Below, piece by piece: positions 1 through 10,625 of a DNA stretch of 64,000 nt; position 1 is the first letter of the stretch, and every line of letters begins with the position of its first letter. The DNA lies in assembly GCA_016214565.1 (NCBI GenBank), contig JACROE010000002.1, positions 728,007 through 792,006 of the forward strand, read 5' to 3'. The notes under the pieces were generated by a model that saw only the letters and a program-made list of their open reading frames with translations, had not been told where the DNA came from and searched no databases. The position numbers and the translations under genes are program-made. This DNA comes from Candidatus Kerfeldbacteria bacterium. GTDB lineage: Bacteria; Patescibacteriota; Patescibacteriia; UBA10025; JAHIVO01.

Positions 1-1
1 G

Positions 2-1708
2 CAGAGCACTCTTTCGACGCCACTTTTCACCGACCACAACGAGCTGAAAACCTTTGACTGGGTTGTCGCCAATCCGCCCTTTTCATACAAAGCATGGCGC
101 AACGGATTCAATCCGGAGGCCGACGACTTTGGCCGTTTCGACGGATTTGGCGTTCCGCCAAAGAAGAATGGTGATTTTGCGTTCTTGCTTCATATACTCA
201 AGAGCCTCAAGAGCACGGGCACCGGTGCGGTGATTCTGCCGCATGGCGTACTCTTCCGAGGTAACACCGAAGCCGACATCCGAACCAACATCGTGAAGCG
301 GGGATACATCAAAGGCATAATCGGATTGCCACCTAACCTCTTTTACGGCACCGGTATTCCGGCCTGCATTATCGTCCTCGATAAGAAAGACGCGGCCAAT
401 CGTAAAGGTATTTTCATGATTGACGCGTCGAAAGGGTACGTCAAAGACGGGAACAAGAACCGACTCAGAGAGCAGGATATCAGGAAGATCGTCGACACCT
501 GGGACGGCAAACTGGAAATTCCGAAGTTCTCCCGGTTTGTTCCGAACGAAGAGATTGCCGAGAAGAACCAATACAATCTCAATCTACCGCGCTACATCGA
601 CACCCAGGAGCCGGAAGACATTCAAGATATAGAGGCCCACTTGAAAGGGGGCATTCCGGAAGCCGATATCGAAATGCTGAGCGCCTTTTGGGAAGTGTGC
701 CCTGGGCTTCGTAAGGCGCTGTTCAAATCGTCCGACCGAAAGGGCTATGATCAGTTGGCGATTGAACCGGGTGATGTTCGAAAAACGATTTTGGATAACC
801 AAGAGTATCACGCTTTTCGAGCACAGGTGGATAAGATCTTTGGTAGTTGGCGCGAACAGATTGTCCCCGGTCTCAAGGGCATTTCCACTAAGGATCACCC
901 CAAGGCGATAATCCAATCTGTCTCTGACAAGCTGCTCGCGCACTGCACGAAACTGCATTTGATAGACAAGTACGACATTTACCAGCATCTTATGAACTAT
1001 TGGGATGAAGTGATGCAAGACGACGCCTACATTCTCACGACCGAGGGCTGGAAAGCTGGCAACGTCGTCACTCGATTGCAGCGAGAAGGCAAGGGAAAGA
1101 AGAAGGACATAGAAGGTCTGCCCGGACTTGAGGGCCGTCTCATTCCCGTTTCGCTTATGATAGGGACCTATTTCAGCAATGAGCAGGCTGAGCTTGACGA
1201 GCTATCTGTACGATTGGAGCAGATAGCTGCGGAAATGGACGAACTCAAGGATGAGCATGGCGGCGAAGAGGGCTTACTTACTGAGGTCATTGACAACGAT
1301 AAGATATCCAAAGGGGCAGTTCAGAAAAGGATCAAGGAAATCAAAGACGACAGCGACTTCGCTGATGAACTGAAGGTTCTGGAAGCGTACTTCGCGAACT
1401 TCGAGAGTGAGGCGGAAACCAAGAAACTCATTAAGGATCGTGAAAAGGCACTTGAGGCCAAGATTCTGGCGAAGTACCCAAAGCTGACACTTGATGAAGT
1501 GAAGACGCTTGTCGTCGACCGCAAGTGGATGGATTCGTTGCAAGGCATGATTCTAGGGCAGGTAGAGCGCTTGGCGCAATCACTTGCGAGTCGAGTTCAG
1601 CAGTTGGCTGAGCGATATGCCGAGCCTCTGCCGGCATTAACGAAGTCAGTTGAAGCACTCACTTTGACGGTGAATGGTCATCTGACAAGAATGGGTTTCA
1701 ATAAATAA
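2..1708 (+). CDS. hsdM: Type I restriction-modification methyltransferase subunit (5'-truncated by window edge)
   Basis: The frame is open from base 2 and reads FDWVVANPPF (N6-MTase motif IV). It continues into ILPHGVLFRG...IIGLPPNLFYGTGIP, typical of HsdM, and lies upstream of hsdS/hsdR. Confidence 0.96.
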   Translation, partial: QSTLSTPLFTDHNELKTFDWVVANPPFSYKAWRNGFNPEADDFGRFDGFGVPPKKNGDFAFLLHILKSLKSTGTGAVILPHGVLFRGNTEADIRTNIVKRGYIKGIIGLPPNLFYGTGIPACIIVLDKKDAANRKGIFMIDASKGYVKDGNKNRLREQDIRKIVDTWDGKLEIPKFSRFVPNEEIAEKNQYNLNLPRYIDTQEPEDIQDIEAHLKGGIPEADIEMLSAFWEVCPGLRKALFKSSDRKGYDQLAIEPGDVRKTILDNQEYHAFRAQVDKIFGSWREQIVPGLKGISTKDHPKAIIQSVSDKLLAHCTKLHLIDKYDIYQHLMNYWDEVMQDDAYILTTEGWKAGNVVTRLQREGKGKKKDIEGLPGLEGRLIPVSLMIGTYFSNEQAELDELSVRLEQIAAEMDELKDEHGGEEGLLTEVIDNDKISKGAVQKRIKEIKDDSDFADELKVLEAYFANFESEAETKKLIKDREKALEAKILAKYPKLTLDEVKTLVVDRKWMDSLQGMILGQVERLAQSLASRVQQLAERYAEPLPALTKSVEALTLTVNGHLTRMGFNK

Positions 1709-1709
1709 C

Positions 1710-3002
1710 GTGGACGTCATGTCGACAAGGGTAACCGTAGAGAACGAATCATCACTCAAGACTACTGAGGTAGGTGCCATACCCCGGGATTGGGATCTAG
1801 TCTCATTCGATGACGCCTTCGAGTTTCTTCGCACAGCCTCATACTCGCGAGAGCAGCTGGGCGCAAATGGTGATTACCAATACATTCACTACGGGGACAT
1901 CCATACGAAGTGGTCATTTTTTGTTGATATGTCAAAGGCTCGCACTCCAACTGTCGATCGCGGGCAAGCGGGGAATTATAGTCAGATAAAGGAAGGCGAT
2001 CTTATCCTTGCCGATGCCTCTGAAGATTATGCGGGTGTTGCTAAGAGCGTGGAAGTTATTAATCTCGGTGAAAAGAAGGCCATTGCGGGCCTCCACACCT
2101 TCCTCCTGCGAGACAAGGGCAACAACTTCGTTGACGGTTTCAAAGGATATATTACTTCGAGTCCGCTTGTCAAACCTAGCTTGGACCGCTACGCCACAGG
2201 CTTAAAAGTCTTTGGCATATCTAAGAACAACTTGAAACTGGTACCGATTCCAAAGCCACCATCGGAACAGCAGAAAGCCATTGTTAAGGCGCTCAGAGAT
2301 ACAGACGCCTTGATAGAAAGCCTCGAGAAGCTCATCGCCAAGAAGCGAGCAATCAAGCAGGGCGTGATGCAGGAGCTACTGACCGGCAAGCGGCGGCTGC
2401 CGGGGTTTACTAAGGCGTGGACCAGAGAAAGAATAGGAGATTGTACTCAAATCGTCAGCGGTGGCACCCCGCGCACAGATAGAAACCAGTATTGGAACGG
2501 TGGCATTAAGTGGTGTACACCTACCGACATTACTGGCACTTTTGGGAAATACCTTCATGATACTCAGCGATCAATTTCACAGGCGGGTCTCAAAAGCTGT
2601 GCCGCTCGCCTTTTACCTGCTGGCACTCTGCTGTTATGCAGTCGTGCGACCATAGGTGAAGTCAGGATAGCTACGGATCAAATCTGTACCAATCAGGGAT
2701 TCAAATCACTTGTCTGTAGCGATCGAATTGACAACGAGTTTCTTTATTACCTCCTATTGACGCTCAAGCAGAAGATGATTGAGAAGGCGATTGGTTCAAC
2801 ATTTCTTGAAATTGGGAAACGGGAACTGGCTGCGCTTGAAATACCTTATCCGCCCATAGAGGAGCAGAGAGCGATTGCAATGGTCCTTTGCGAATTAGAT
2901 ACCGAATTGGAGTTACAGCAGAGCAGACTGCAAAAGTTGACCCAGGTTAAGCAAGGCATGATGCAATCTCTCCTAACTGGTAAGATAAGACTAACAGTGT
3001 GA
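1710..3002 (+). CDS. hsdS: Type I R-M specificity subunit
   Basis: Two TRDs, each followed by the conserved PP.EQ..I...L / K.G.MQ.LLTGK.RL helical repeat. Confidence 0.96.
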   Translation: MDVMSTRVTVENESSLKTTEVGAIPRDWDLVSFDDAFEFLRTASYSREQLGANGDYQYIHYGDIHTKWSFFVDMSKARTPTVDRGQAGNYSQIKEGDLILADASEDYAGVAKSVEVINLGEKKAIAGLHTFLLRDKGNNFVDGFKGYITSSPLVKPSLDRYATGLKVFGISKNNLKLVPIPKPPSEQQKAIVKALRDTDALIESLEKLIAKKRAIKQGVMQELLTGKRRLPGFTKAWTRERIGDCTQIVSGGTPRTDRNQYWNGGIKWCTPTDITGTFGKYLHDTQRSISQAGLKSCAARLLPAGTLLLCSRATIGEVRIATDQICTNQGFKSLVCSDRIDNEFLYYLLLTLKQKMIEKAIGSTFLEIGKRELAALEIPYPPIEEQRAIAMVLCELDTELELQQSRLQKLTQVKQGMMQSLLTGKIRLTV

Positions 3003-6000
3003 CTACTATGACAAAAGAAGCGACCCCCAAAGTTGGCCAAATCGAACGCAAGACCCAAGACCGTCTTGTGGCGTTGATTCGTGACCGTCTGAATTACGAC
3101 TACCTTGGCAACTGGGAAGACCGTGAAGATAATAGCAATGTCGAGGAGCTACTTCTTCACTCGTACCTGATTCGGTCCGGATATAGTGACACACTCGTAT
3201 TCAAAGCCGTTGAGGAGCTGAAGAAATGTACAGGTCGATCGAACATCAGCCTATACGACCTTAACCGTGAGACGTACGGTCTGTTGAGGTACGGGGTGAA
3301 AGTCAAGGAAGGTCACGGCGAACACTATAAGACTATTTGGCTCATCGACTGGGAACACCCCGAGAAAAATGACTTCGCTTTCGCAGAAGAGGTTACGGTC
3401 AAAGGGAATCGGACCAAACGCCCGGATATCGTGCTTTATGTAAACGGAATTGCCTTAGGCGTGATCGAGTTGAAACGGAGTATCGTATCGGTTGCCGAGG
3501 GAATCCGCCAGAACATCGGTAATCAAAAGGACGCTTTCATCAAGCCTTTCTTCGCAACCGTTCAACTGCTCATGGCCGGAAACGATACCGAAGGACTTCG
3601 ATTCGGCACTACCGAGACGAAAGAGGACTGCTACCTCACTTGGAGTACAAAGGAGCCGGGATATGAGAAAGACAATCGGCTTGATCGCCATGTTTTGCAA
3701 ATGTGCGAAAAGAAGAGGTTCCTCGAGATCGTTCACGACTTCATTGCCTTCGACAGCGGCATTAAGAAGACCTGTCGGCACAACCAGTACTTTGGAGTCA
3801 AAGTAGCGCAGGAATTCGTGCAACAGCACAAGGGCGGAATAATCTGGCATACCCAGGGCTCAGGTAAGAGCCTGACCATGATCTGGCTCGCTAAGTGGAT
3901 TAAAGAACACATGCACGATCCACGCGTACTTGTTCTGACCGACCGAAAAGAGCTTGACGAGCAGATCGAGCGGTTTTTCATGGGCGTAGATGAGAAGATC
4001 TATCGCGCGAAGAGCGCAAGGGATTTGATAGGGCAACTCAATATCAAGAATGAGTGGCTGCTCTGTTCGCTAGTGCACAAATTCGGCCGTACCGGAGCCA
4101 CCGGTGAGACCGACGTGGATGGATACATCGCCGACCTCAAGAAGAATCTGCCAAAAGACTTTTCGGCCAAAGGCGATCTTTTCGTGTTCGTCGATGAGTG
4201 TCACCGTACGCATACCGGCAAGCTTCACGAAGCGATGAGAGAGCTCCTCCCCAACGCTACATTCATCGGTTTCACTGGCACGCCGCTTCTCAAAATTGAC
4301 AAGTCGAACAGCATTGGCGTTTGGGGCCCATACATCCACACCTACAAATACGACGAGGCAGTGGCCGACAAGGTTGTGCTCGACTTACGATACGAAGCTC
4401 GACGCGTAGACCAAGACATCACGTCACAGGAGAAAATCGACCAGTGGTTCGAGGAACGAACCAAGGGGCTCACCGACGTAGCCAAGGCGGAACTGAAGAA
4501 GCGGTGGGGGACGATGCAATCCCTGTTGTCTTCCAAGTCACGCTTGGAAAAAGTAGTCTTCGATATTCTCGATGACTTCTACAAAAAAGAACGTCTCGCC
4601 AGCGGCCGCGGCAACGCCATGCTGGTAGCGAGCAGCATTTATGAAGCCTGCCAGTACTACGAGATATTCCAGGCTCAGGGATTTACCAAGTGCGCCATCG
4701 TCACGTCATACGAGCCTGGCGCGATTCAGTCCGAAGACCGCGAGTACGCCATCTACCAGAAGATGCTGGGTGGCAAGGCCACCGAAGAGTTCGAGAAGGA
4801 AGCCAAGAAGAAGTTCATCGAAACACCAGGACAGATGCAACTTCTCATTGTCGTGGACAAACTCCTGACTGGTTTTGACGCACCGCCTGCGTCCTATCTG
4901 TATGTCGATAAGAACATGCAGGATCACGGCCTATTCCAGGCGATTTGCCGAGTCAATCGGCTCGACGGTGAGGACAAAGAGTACGGCTACATCGTCGACT
5001 ACAGGGATCTTTTCAAAAAGCTTGAACAAGCGGTCACCGACTATACTGCCGGAGCATTCGAAGGCTTTGATCAAGAGGATGTTCTTGGGCTACTCAAGGA
5101 CAGGTTAGAAGAAGGTCGCAAAGATCTCGAGGAAGCTCTAGAGGTCGTAAGAGCTCTTTGTGAACCAGTTGCGCCGCCCAAAGATTCTGGAGCCTACATT
5201 CGCTACTTCTGTGGAGACGTTGAAAATCCATACGCCCTGAAGGAAAACGAAATCAAGCGGGTCAAGCTCTACCGTTCCGTCAGCCATCTACTTCGAATGT
5301 ATGCCGATCTCGCCAACGATATGGAGAAGGTCGGATTCTCCAGAGCGCAAGCCGAAGCGATCGGCAATGAGGTAAAGCACTACGAACAGGTCCGGATGGA
5401 AGTCAAGCTTGCAAGCGGAGACTACATCGACCTGAAGAAGTACGAGCCGGCCATGCGGACTCTTATCGACAGGTACATTTCGGCAAAAGAAAGCGAAAGG
5501 CTATCCGCGTTTGATGACATGACCCTCGTGGATTTGATCGTCAAAAAGGGCAAAGATGCCATCGACGACCTACCGGAGTCGGTGAAAAAGAACCAAGAAG
5601 CTACCGCTGAGACAATCGAAAACAACGTCCGCAAGCTGATCATCGACGAAACGCCTACGAATCCGAAGTACTTTCTCCGCATGTCGGAGCTCCTCGATAC
5701 CTTAGTGAAGCAGCGGAAACGGGCTGATATCGAGTACAAGGAGTACCTGGCCAAGATTGTCGAGCTTACTAAGCAGGTCAAGCACCCGGAACAGTCGCGT
5801 CATTATCCTTCGCGGGTTGATACACGAGCCAGACAGGCACTCTATGATAATCTCGGACAGGACGAGGGTAAAGCTGTTGCCCTGGACGAGGCAATTGTAG
5901 GCGCACTGGAAGACAACTGGCGTGGTCACATGCAGAAGGAACGTCGGGTGAGGAACGCAATTAAGGGCGCGATGCCGGGGATATCGGAGGACGAGCTCAA

Positions 6001-6040
6001 GTCCTTATTTGAGCTCGTAAAGAATCAACATGAGTACTAA
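2999..6040 (+). CDS. hsdR: Type I R-M restriction subunit (start possibly ATG 3008)
   Basis: RPDIVLYVNG...IELK nuclease motif, HTQGSGKS Walker A, DECHR, FTGTP, LLTGFDAP, QAICRVNR. Confidence 0.97.
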   Translation: MTTMTKEATPKVGQIERKTQDRLVALIRDRLNYDYLGNWEDREDNSNVEELLLHSYLIRSGYSDTLVFKAVEELKKCTGRSNISLYDLNRETYGLLRYGVKVKEGHGEHYKTIWLIDWEHPEKNDFAFAEEVTVKGNRTKRPDIVLYVNGIALGVIELKRSIVSVAEGIRQNIGNQKDAFIKPFFATVQLLMAGNDTEGLRFGTTETKEDCYLTWSTKEPGYEKDNRLDRHVLQMCEKKRFLEIVHDFIAFDSGIKKTCRHNQYFGVKVAQEFVQQHKGGIIWHTQGSGKSLTMIWLAKWIKEHMHDPRVLVLTDRKELDEQIERFFMGVDEKIYRAKSARDLIGQLNIKNEWLLCSLVHKFGRTGATGETDVDGYIADLKKNLPKDFSAKGDLFVFVDECHRTHTGKLHEAMRELLPNATFIGFTGTPLLKIDKSNSIGVWGPYIHTYKYDEAVADKVVLDLRYEARRVDQDITSQEKIDQWFEERTKGLTDVAKAELKKRWGTMQSLLSSKSRLEKVVFDILDDFYKKERLASGRGNAMLVASSIYEACQYYEIFQAQGFTKCAIVTSYEPGAIQSEDREYAIYQKMLGGKATEEFEKEAKKKFIETPGQMQLLIVVDKLLTGFDAPPASYLYVDKNMQDHGLFQAICRVNRLDGEDKEYGYIVDYRDLFKKLEQAVTDYTAGAFEGFDQEDVLGLLKDRLEEGRKDLEEALEVVRALCEPVAPPKDSGAYIRYFCGDVENPYALKENEIKRVKLYRSVSHLLRMYADLANDMEKVGFSRAQAEAIGNEVKHYEQVRMEVKLASGDYIDLKKYEPAMRTLIDRYISAKESERLSAFDDMTLVDLIVKKGKDAIDDLPESVKKNQEATAETIENNVRKLIIDETPTNPKYFLRMSELLDTLVKQRKRADIEYKEYLAKIVELTKQVKHPEQSRHYPSRVDTRARQALYDNLGQDEGKAVALDEAIVGALEDNWRGHMQKERRVRNAIKGAMPGISEDELKSLFELVKNQHEY

Positions 6041-6758
6041 TTCTTACATGCTCAAGGTCGGATTGGTGGAGGCGCTGATTGTCAGGAAGGCGATCAAGAA
6101 CGTCCACCTGTCTGTTTTGCCGCCAGAGGGTAAGGTTCGAGTCACCGCACCAGTTGCGATGAACGATGACGCTATCCGCATATTGCTGGCTACCAGGCTG
6201 GGCTGGATAAATCGTCAACAAACGAAATTCCGCAATCAGCAACGACAGACTCCGCGAGAATACGTATCCGGTGAAAGTCACTACCTATTCGGCAGGCGGT
6301 ACCGCTTAGAAGTCCGATACGAGGAAGCTCCACCCCGCGTTGAAGCGAAGGCCAACGGAAAACTGTTCCTATATGTCAGACCGAACGCTTCTCAGGGGAA
6401 GCGCCACGAGGTGATAACCGAATGGTACCGTACCGAGCTTCACCAGCTACTTGAAGACTTGATACCGAGATGGCAAGACAAAATCGGTGTTCGACCATCT
6501 GTATGGGCTATCAAGCGCATGAGGACCCGGTGGGGCACCTGCAATAAGGACAAAAAGCGGATTCTTCTAAACCTTGAGCTAGTCAAGAAGCCGGTCTCCT
6601 GCATTGAGTATGTTGTGGTTCATGAACTGATCCACTTGATTGAGAAGAAGCACAATAATCGATTCGTCCAGTTGCTGACGAGGCATCTGCCGAAATGGAA
6701 GAGCCAAAAGCAGGAACTGAATCGCTTCATATTGTCGCATGAGGAGTGGAGATATTAG
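6030..6758 (+). CDS. M48/YgjP (DUF45)-family zinc metallopeptidase
   Basis: MRTRWGTC and YVVVHELIHL (HExxH) motifs; this family commonly follows hsdR. Confidence 0.9.
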   Translation: MSTNSYMLKVGLVEALIVRKAIKNVHLSVLPPEGKVRVTAPVAMNDDAIRILLATRLGWINRQQTKFRNQQRQTPREYVSGESHYLFGRRYRLEVRYEEAPPRVEAKANGKLFLYVRPNASQGKRHEVITEWYRTELHQLLEDLIPRWQDKIGVRPSVWAIKRMRTRWGTCNKDKKRILLNLELVKKPVSCIEYVVVHELIHLIEKKHNNRFVQLLTRHLPKWKSQKQELNRFILSHEEWRY

Positions 6759-6779
6759 CAAATAGGGAATATCATACTC

Positions 6780-9700
6780 ATGAAGTGGATAACTGCATCA
6801 GACATCACCAACTGGGCAAACACACAACAGCGGCAGTGTTCTCAGACCTTGCCGGAGTTAGTACGTCGCCTGATTTTTGCTATCACTTCCGATATTCGAA
6901 CGATTGAATTCCCGAGTGGAGACAGTGTATCCACCAGAGGTTGGGATGGCCGACTCGATGCACCCGTAGCTGTCCCGTTTTTTCCGCAAGGCGTGTCGGG
7001 GTGGGAAATTGGCTCTGATAAATCGGCCAAGAAAAAGGCCGATGGAGACTTTGCCAAACGGATTGCTGAGCCTGACGGGCTTATTCCCGCTGATACCACT
7101 TTTGTCTTCGTTACTCCGAGGTCGTTTCCGAGCCGCGCGAAATGGCAATCTGATAATCAAGCAAAGGGACACTGGAAGGCGGTGCGAGTTGTTGCGGCAG
7201 ACGGGATTGAACAGTGGTTGGATTCTGCGCCGGCGGTAGCGCTATGGTTGGCGAGAACAATTGGCAAAGCAACCGGAGATAGACTCCGAGACATCGAAGA
7301 GTGTTGGGATGAATGGTCCTATTCGACTTCACCTCCCATGAGTATCCCGTTGGTAATTGCAGGACGCACAAATGAACAGGATAGAATTCACAAGTGGCTA
7401 TCGGAAACACCCGATAGGCTTGAAGTTCAAGGTGATTCTCCAGCTGAAGCGCGTGCCTTTCTGTATGCTGCAATCTGCGGCTTGCCGGAGAGCGAACGTT
7501 CGCGAGTGCTCTCAAGATGCATAGTGATTGATAATTTAACGGATCTCCGTAATTGTATAAGAACGTTTCTCAATCCGTTGGTTATTGTCACTACTTCTGA
7601 TTGCAGTGAGGCGGTTGGCCTCGCTATCAACAAGGGACACCATGTCTTTGTCTGTGTGGATGCAAGTGTGATAGATATCGCTCGAATTTTACGTCTTTCC
7701 CGTCCGAAAAGGTCAGCAGTAGCTGCCACCCTGCAAGAATTGGGCTTGTCGCCAGCTAACGCCCAACAACTCGCGCGGGATTTCGGGCGAAGCATCCCGG
7801 TACTCCGCCGCCACTTAGCCGTATCGGGTGCTGCCCGGCGGCCACCGTGGTCAGAAGCCGACCAGGCACGGTCTCTCATGCCATTGATGCTACTTGGTTC
7901 AATTTCTGAAAGTACAGACGGGGACAAACAAATTGCTGAGATAGTCTCCGGGTTCTCATTCACTGTTTATGCCGAACGGCTTAATGAGCTTAGAGTATTC
8001 GAGGATAGCCCTGTAGTAAAAATTGGAGAAGTATGGACACTCAAATCGCCGCTCGACTCTTGGTTTTTGATCGCGGGACAATTGACCGCAGATATTCTCA
8101 CCGCATTTTCGAGTGCGAGCACGCAAGCGTTAGAAGAACTGCATCCGAAGTATGAGCTATCACCCGACGAACGGTGGATGGCAGCTTTTCATTCCAAGAT
8201 TAGGCAATATTCCCCGCATTTGCGAATGGGTCTTGCCGAAACTCTGGTCCGTATGTCGGTCTTCGGTGATAAAGCACCGATCGCGCTATCCGCTCCTCAA
8301 GTCGCACAGCAGGCGGTGCGAAATATCTTGTCAGCAACAACCAGTTGGCAGGGGTGGGCTTCAATACAGGACATTACTCCGCTGCTAGCCGAGGCCGCAC
8401 CCGTAACATTTCTCGAAGCTGTGGAACAAGTTATTGCCACCCATCCTGAAATCGTTACAGAATTGTTCAAAGATGAGGGTCAATCGCTCTTTGGGGAGTG
8501 TAAGCATGCTGGCCTGCTGTGGGCACTTGAGTCTATCGCCTGGGACCCACAGTACTTTGAGCGCGTCGTTGCTTTATTAGTCGACTTGGCGAAGTTAGAC
8601 CCAGGTGGACAGTGGGTAAATAGGCCCCTGAACAGCCTCAAGGATTTGTTCTTACCCCAATACCCACAGACTCACGCGGGCCCGACGGCGCGGTTATCGG
8701 CGTTCGAAACCCTCATACAAAGAGACGCTCAGCTAGCCTGGCAGATCGCATACAGTTACTTCGATCGCGGAATCATTAGTGCCTCGCATCAATATCAATG
8801 GCGTGATGCCGGAGGCGAGCGCCGAGGGTTGGAACCGGAGTCCAATGAGAACTATGCTGCCTACCTGACGGGATTATGGCCTAAAGCGAAGGCACTGGCG
8901 GCGATGCCAATAAATGTAATACAGGCACTAGACGACTTTACAAGACTTCCACCGGACTTTCGTGAACAGGTTGCGTCCGTTCTGTTGTCAATGAATGCCG
9001 AAGAACTGTCTTTGGATGATCGACTTCGGTTATTAGAAAAGGTGCGAGAAGCTTTGAACTGGATTAACAGCTATGGTAAGGAGGAGTATCAAGAGTCAAT
9101 ACCGAAACTAAAGGAGATACTACAGCGCTTTGAGCCAGATGACGTTATTGAACGTGTCGGCTGGCTATTGAAGTCGCCTTGGCCACGTCTTCCCGAAGGA
9201 ACAACTAAAGATTACGACGCTGACGAAGAGCACGTTGCAGCGTTGCAACAGCAGGCCGCGCGTGAGTTACTCGACAGTATTGATATTGAAGCTATTCTCA
9301 GCTTTGCCAAGACGACAGAATACACTGGCGTTGTGGGTACTGCTATAGGGAGAGCGATAAAAGATGACGAAGAAGACCAGCGAGTGCTAAGCCAGCTTAT
9401 CAAGGGAGCTTTGCCAACCCAGGCTCGCGAAGTAACAGGATATGCCGCGCAACGAATACGCATCGCCGGAATACATTGGATCGACCGGCAAATAGCGTAC
9501 CTGAAAACTGTTGGCGTAGCAACACCGGAGGTCATTGCATTAATGCTCTTGGGACTACCCGAGCAAGCTTCGACGTGGGAAAAGGTCGCAGCGTTTGGGA
9601 TTGAGGTAGAGAAAGCTTACTGGGGACTAGCGACAGGGCGTTCGCGTTCAGATCGACTCTCAGATGCTGCTTTGGCAGTAACGAAGCTGTTGAATGCTCA

Positions 9701-10568
9701 TCGACCGGATGCTGCGCTTGAGATTGCTGGGGATCCCAAGTTATCTTTGCCCAGTGCATTACTGAAGCGCCTATTGCTCGAGCTGTTGGAGCACAGCAAG
9801 TCTGCAACACAACCTCGTCACGATGCGATGCTGCCTTTTCACTTGGGATATGTATTCAGGCAGATTCACGAGCGCGATGAGTTGCCGCTGGGAGAGATTG
9901 TAGCCCTGGAATGGCCCTATGCCTCATTGTTCGATGATTTCAAACAGTATTTGTCTAAGCCCTTGGCCATCCACCGACTATTACAGCGCGACCCTGGTCA
10001 GTTTGCCGATTTCGTCGCGCTCATGTACAAACGCGATGACAGAATCCGAACAGATGAAGAGCCGCTTGACCAAAAAGCCATGCAAATCGCCAGAAACGCG
10101 CGTGAGGTCGTATCATCCTGGCGGCTTATGCCGGGTCTGAGTTCTGACGGCGGTATTGATGAAGGCGAGCTTCGTGCTTGGGTTCTCGCCGTGCGCGACA
10201 AGTGCAGATCTCTGAAGACAGTAACTGGCTGCGATATTGAACTAGGCACCATGTTAGCGCACGCCCCTCGCGATAGCGATGGAAATTGGCCTCATACGGC
10301 TGTCAGAAACATCATCGAACTACTGGCAAATCAGACTATTGATCGGCATATCGAAACAGAGCTGTTCAATAGTCGCGGCACAACGGTGCGTAGCCCAGGA
10401 GAAGGTGGCAGGCTGGAGAGAGAGCTCGCGCTAACCTATCGCCGGATGAGCGACGCGCTGAAAGAGAAGTGGCCAAGAACCGCTCAAATCTTGCGCTCCA
10501 TGGCTAGCACCTACGAGCATCAGGCGGGTCGGGAAGATATTGATGCGCAACTGAACGACTTCAGTTGA
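6780..10568 (+). CDS. 1262-aa hypothetical protein: putative N-terminal restriction-endonuclease-like domain, degenerate STAND-like NTPase region, long helical C-terminus
   Basis: GWDG...GWEIG...FVFVTP...DGIEQWL N-terminal pattern, then IAGRTNE...LEVQGDS where a STAND Walker A would be expected. Lies inside the defence island. Confidence 0.6.
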   Translation: MKWITASDITNWANTQQRQCSQTLPELVRRLIFAITSDIRTIEFPSGDSVSTRGWDGRLDAPVAVPFFPQGVSGWEIGSDKSAKKKADGDFAKRIAEPDGLIPADTTFVFVTPRSFPSRAKWQSDNQAKGHWKAVRVVAADGIEQWLDSAPAVALWLARTIGKATGDRLRDIEECWDEWSYSTSPPMSIPLVIAGRTNEQDRIHKWLSETPDRLEVQGDSPAEARAFLYAAICGLPESERSRVLSRCIVIDNLTDLRNCIRTFLNPLVIVTTSDCSEAVGLAINKGHHVFVCVDASVIDIARILRLSRPKRSAVAATLQELGLSPANAQQLARDFGRSIPVLRRHLAVSGAARRPPWSEADQARSLMPLMLLGSISESTDGDKQIAEIVSGFSFTVYAERLNELRVFEDSPVVKIGEVWTLKSPLDSWFLIAGQLTADILTAFSSASTQALEELHPKYELSPDERWMAAFHSKIRQYSPHLRMGLAETLVRMSVFGDKAPIALSAPQVAQQAVRNILSATTSWQGWASIQDITPLLAEAAPVTFLEAVEQVIATHPEIVTELFKDEGQSLFGECKHAGLLWALESIAWDPQYFERVVALLVDLAKLDPGGQWVNRPLNSLKDLFLPQYPQTHAGPTARLSAFETLIQRDAQLAWQIAYSYFDRGIISASHQYQWRDAGGERRGLEPESNENYAAYLTGLWPKAKALAAMPINVIQALDDFTRLPPDFREQVASVLLSMNAEELSLDDRLRLLEKVREALNWINSYGKEEYQESIPKLKEILQRFEPDDVIERVGWLLKSPWPRLPEGTTKDYDADEEHVAALQQQAARELLDSIDIEAILSFAKTTEYTGVVGTAIGRAIKDDEEDQRVLSQLIKGALPTQAREVTGYAAQRIRIAGIHWIDRQIAYLKTVGVATPEVIALMLLGLPEQASTWEKVAAFGIEVEKAYWGLATGRSRSDRLSDAALAVTKLLNAHRPDAALEIAGDPKLSLPSALLKRLLLELLEHSKSATQPRHDAMLPFHLGYVFRQIHERDELPLGEIVALEWPYASLFDDFKQYLSKPLAIHRLLQRDPGQFADFVALMYKRDDRIRTDEEPLDQKAMQIARNAREVVSSWRLMPGLSSDGGIDEGELRAWVLAVRDKCRSLKTVTGCDIELGTMLAHAPRDSDGNWPHTAVRNIIELLANQTIDRHIETELFNSRGTTVRSPGEGGRLERELALTYRRMSDALKEKWPRTAQILRSMASTYEHQAGREDIDAQLNDFS

Positions 10569-10625
10569 CAATTTGTACAGGATGACATTCGTCTTTTGCT
10601 TGTGCCGGTGCTATAATCAACGCGT

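Noticed and set aside
1710-3002. Phase-variable (shufflon-type) hsdS
   Set aside because: No second hsdS fragment, recombinase or simple-sequence tract was seen.
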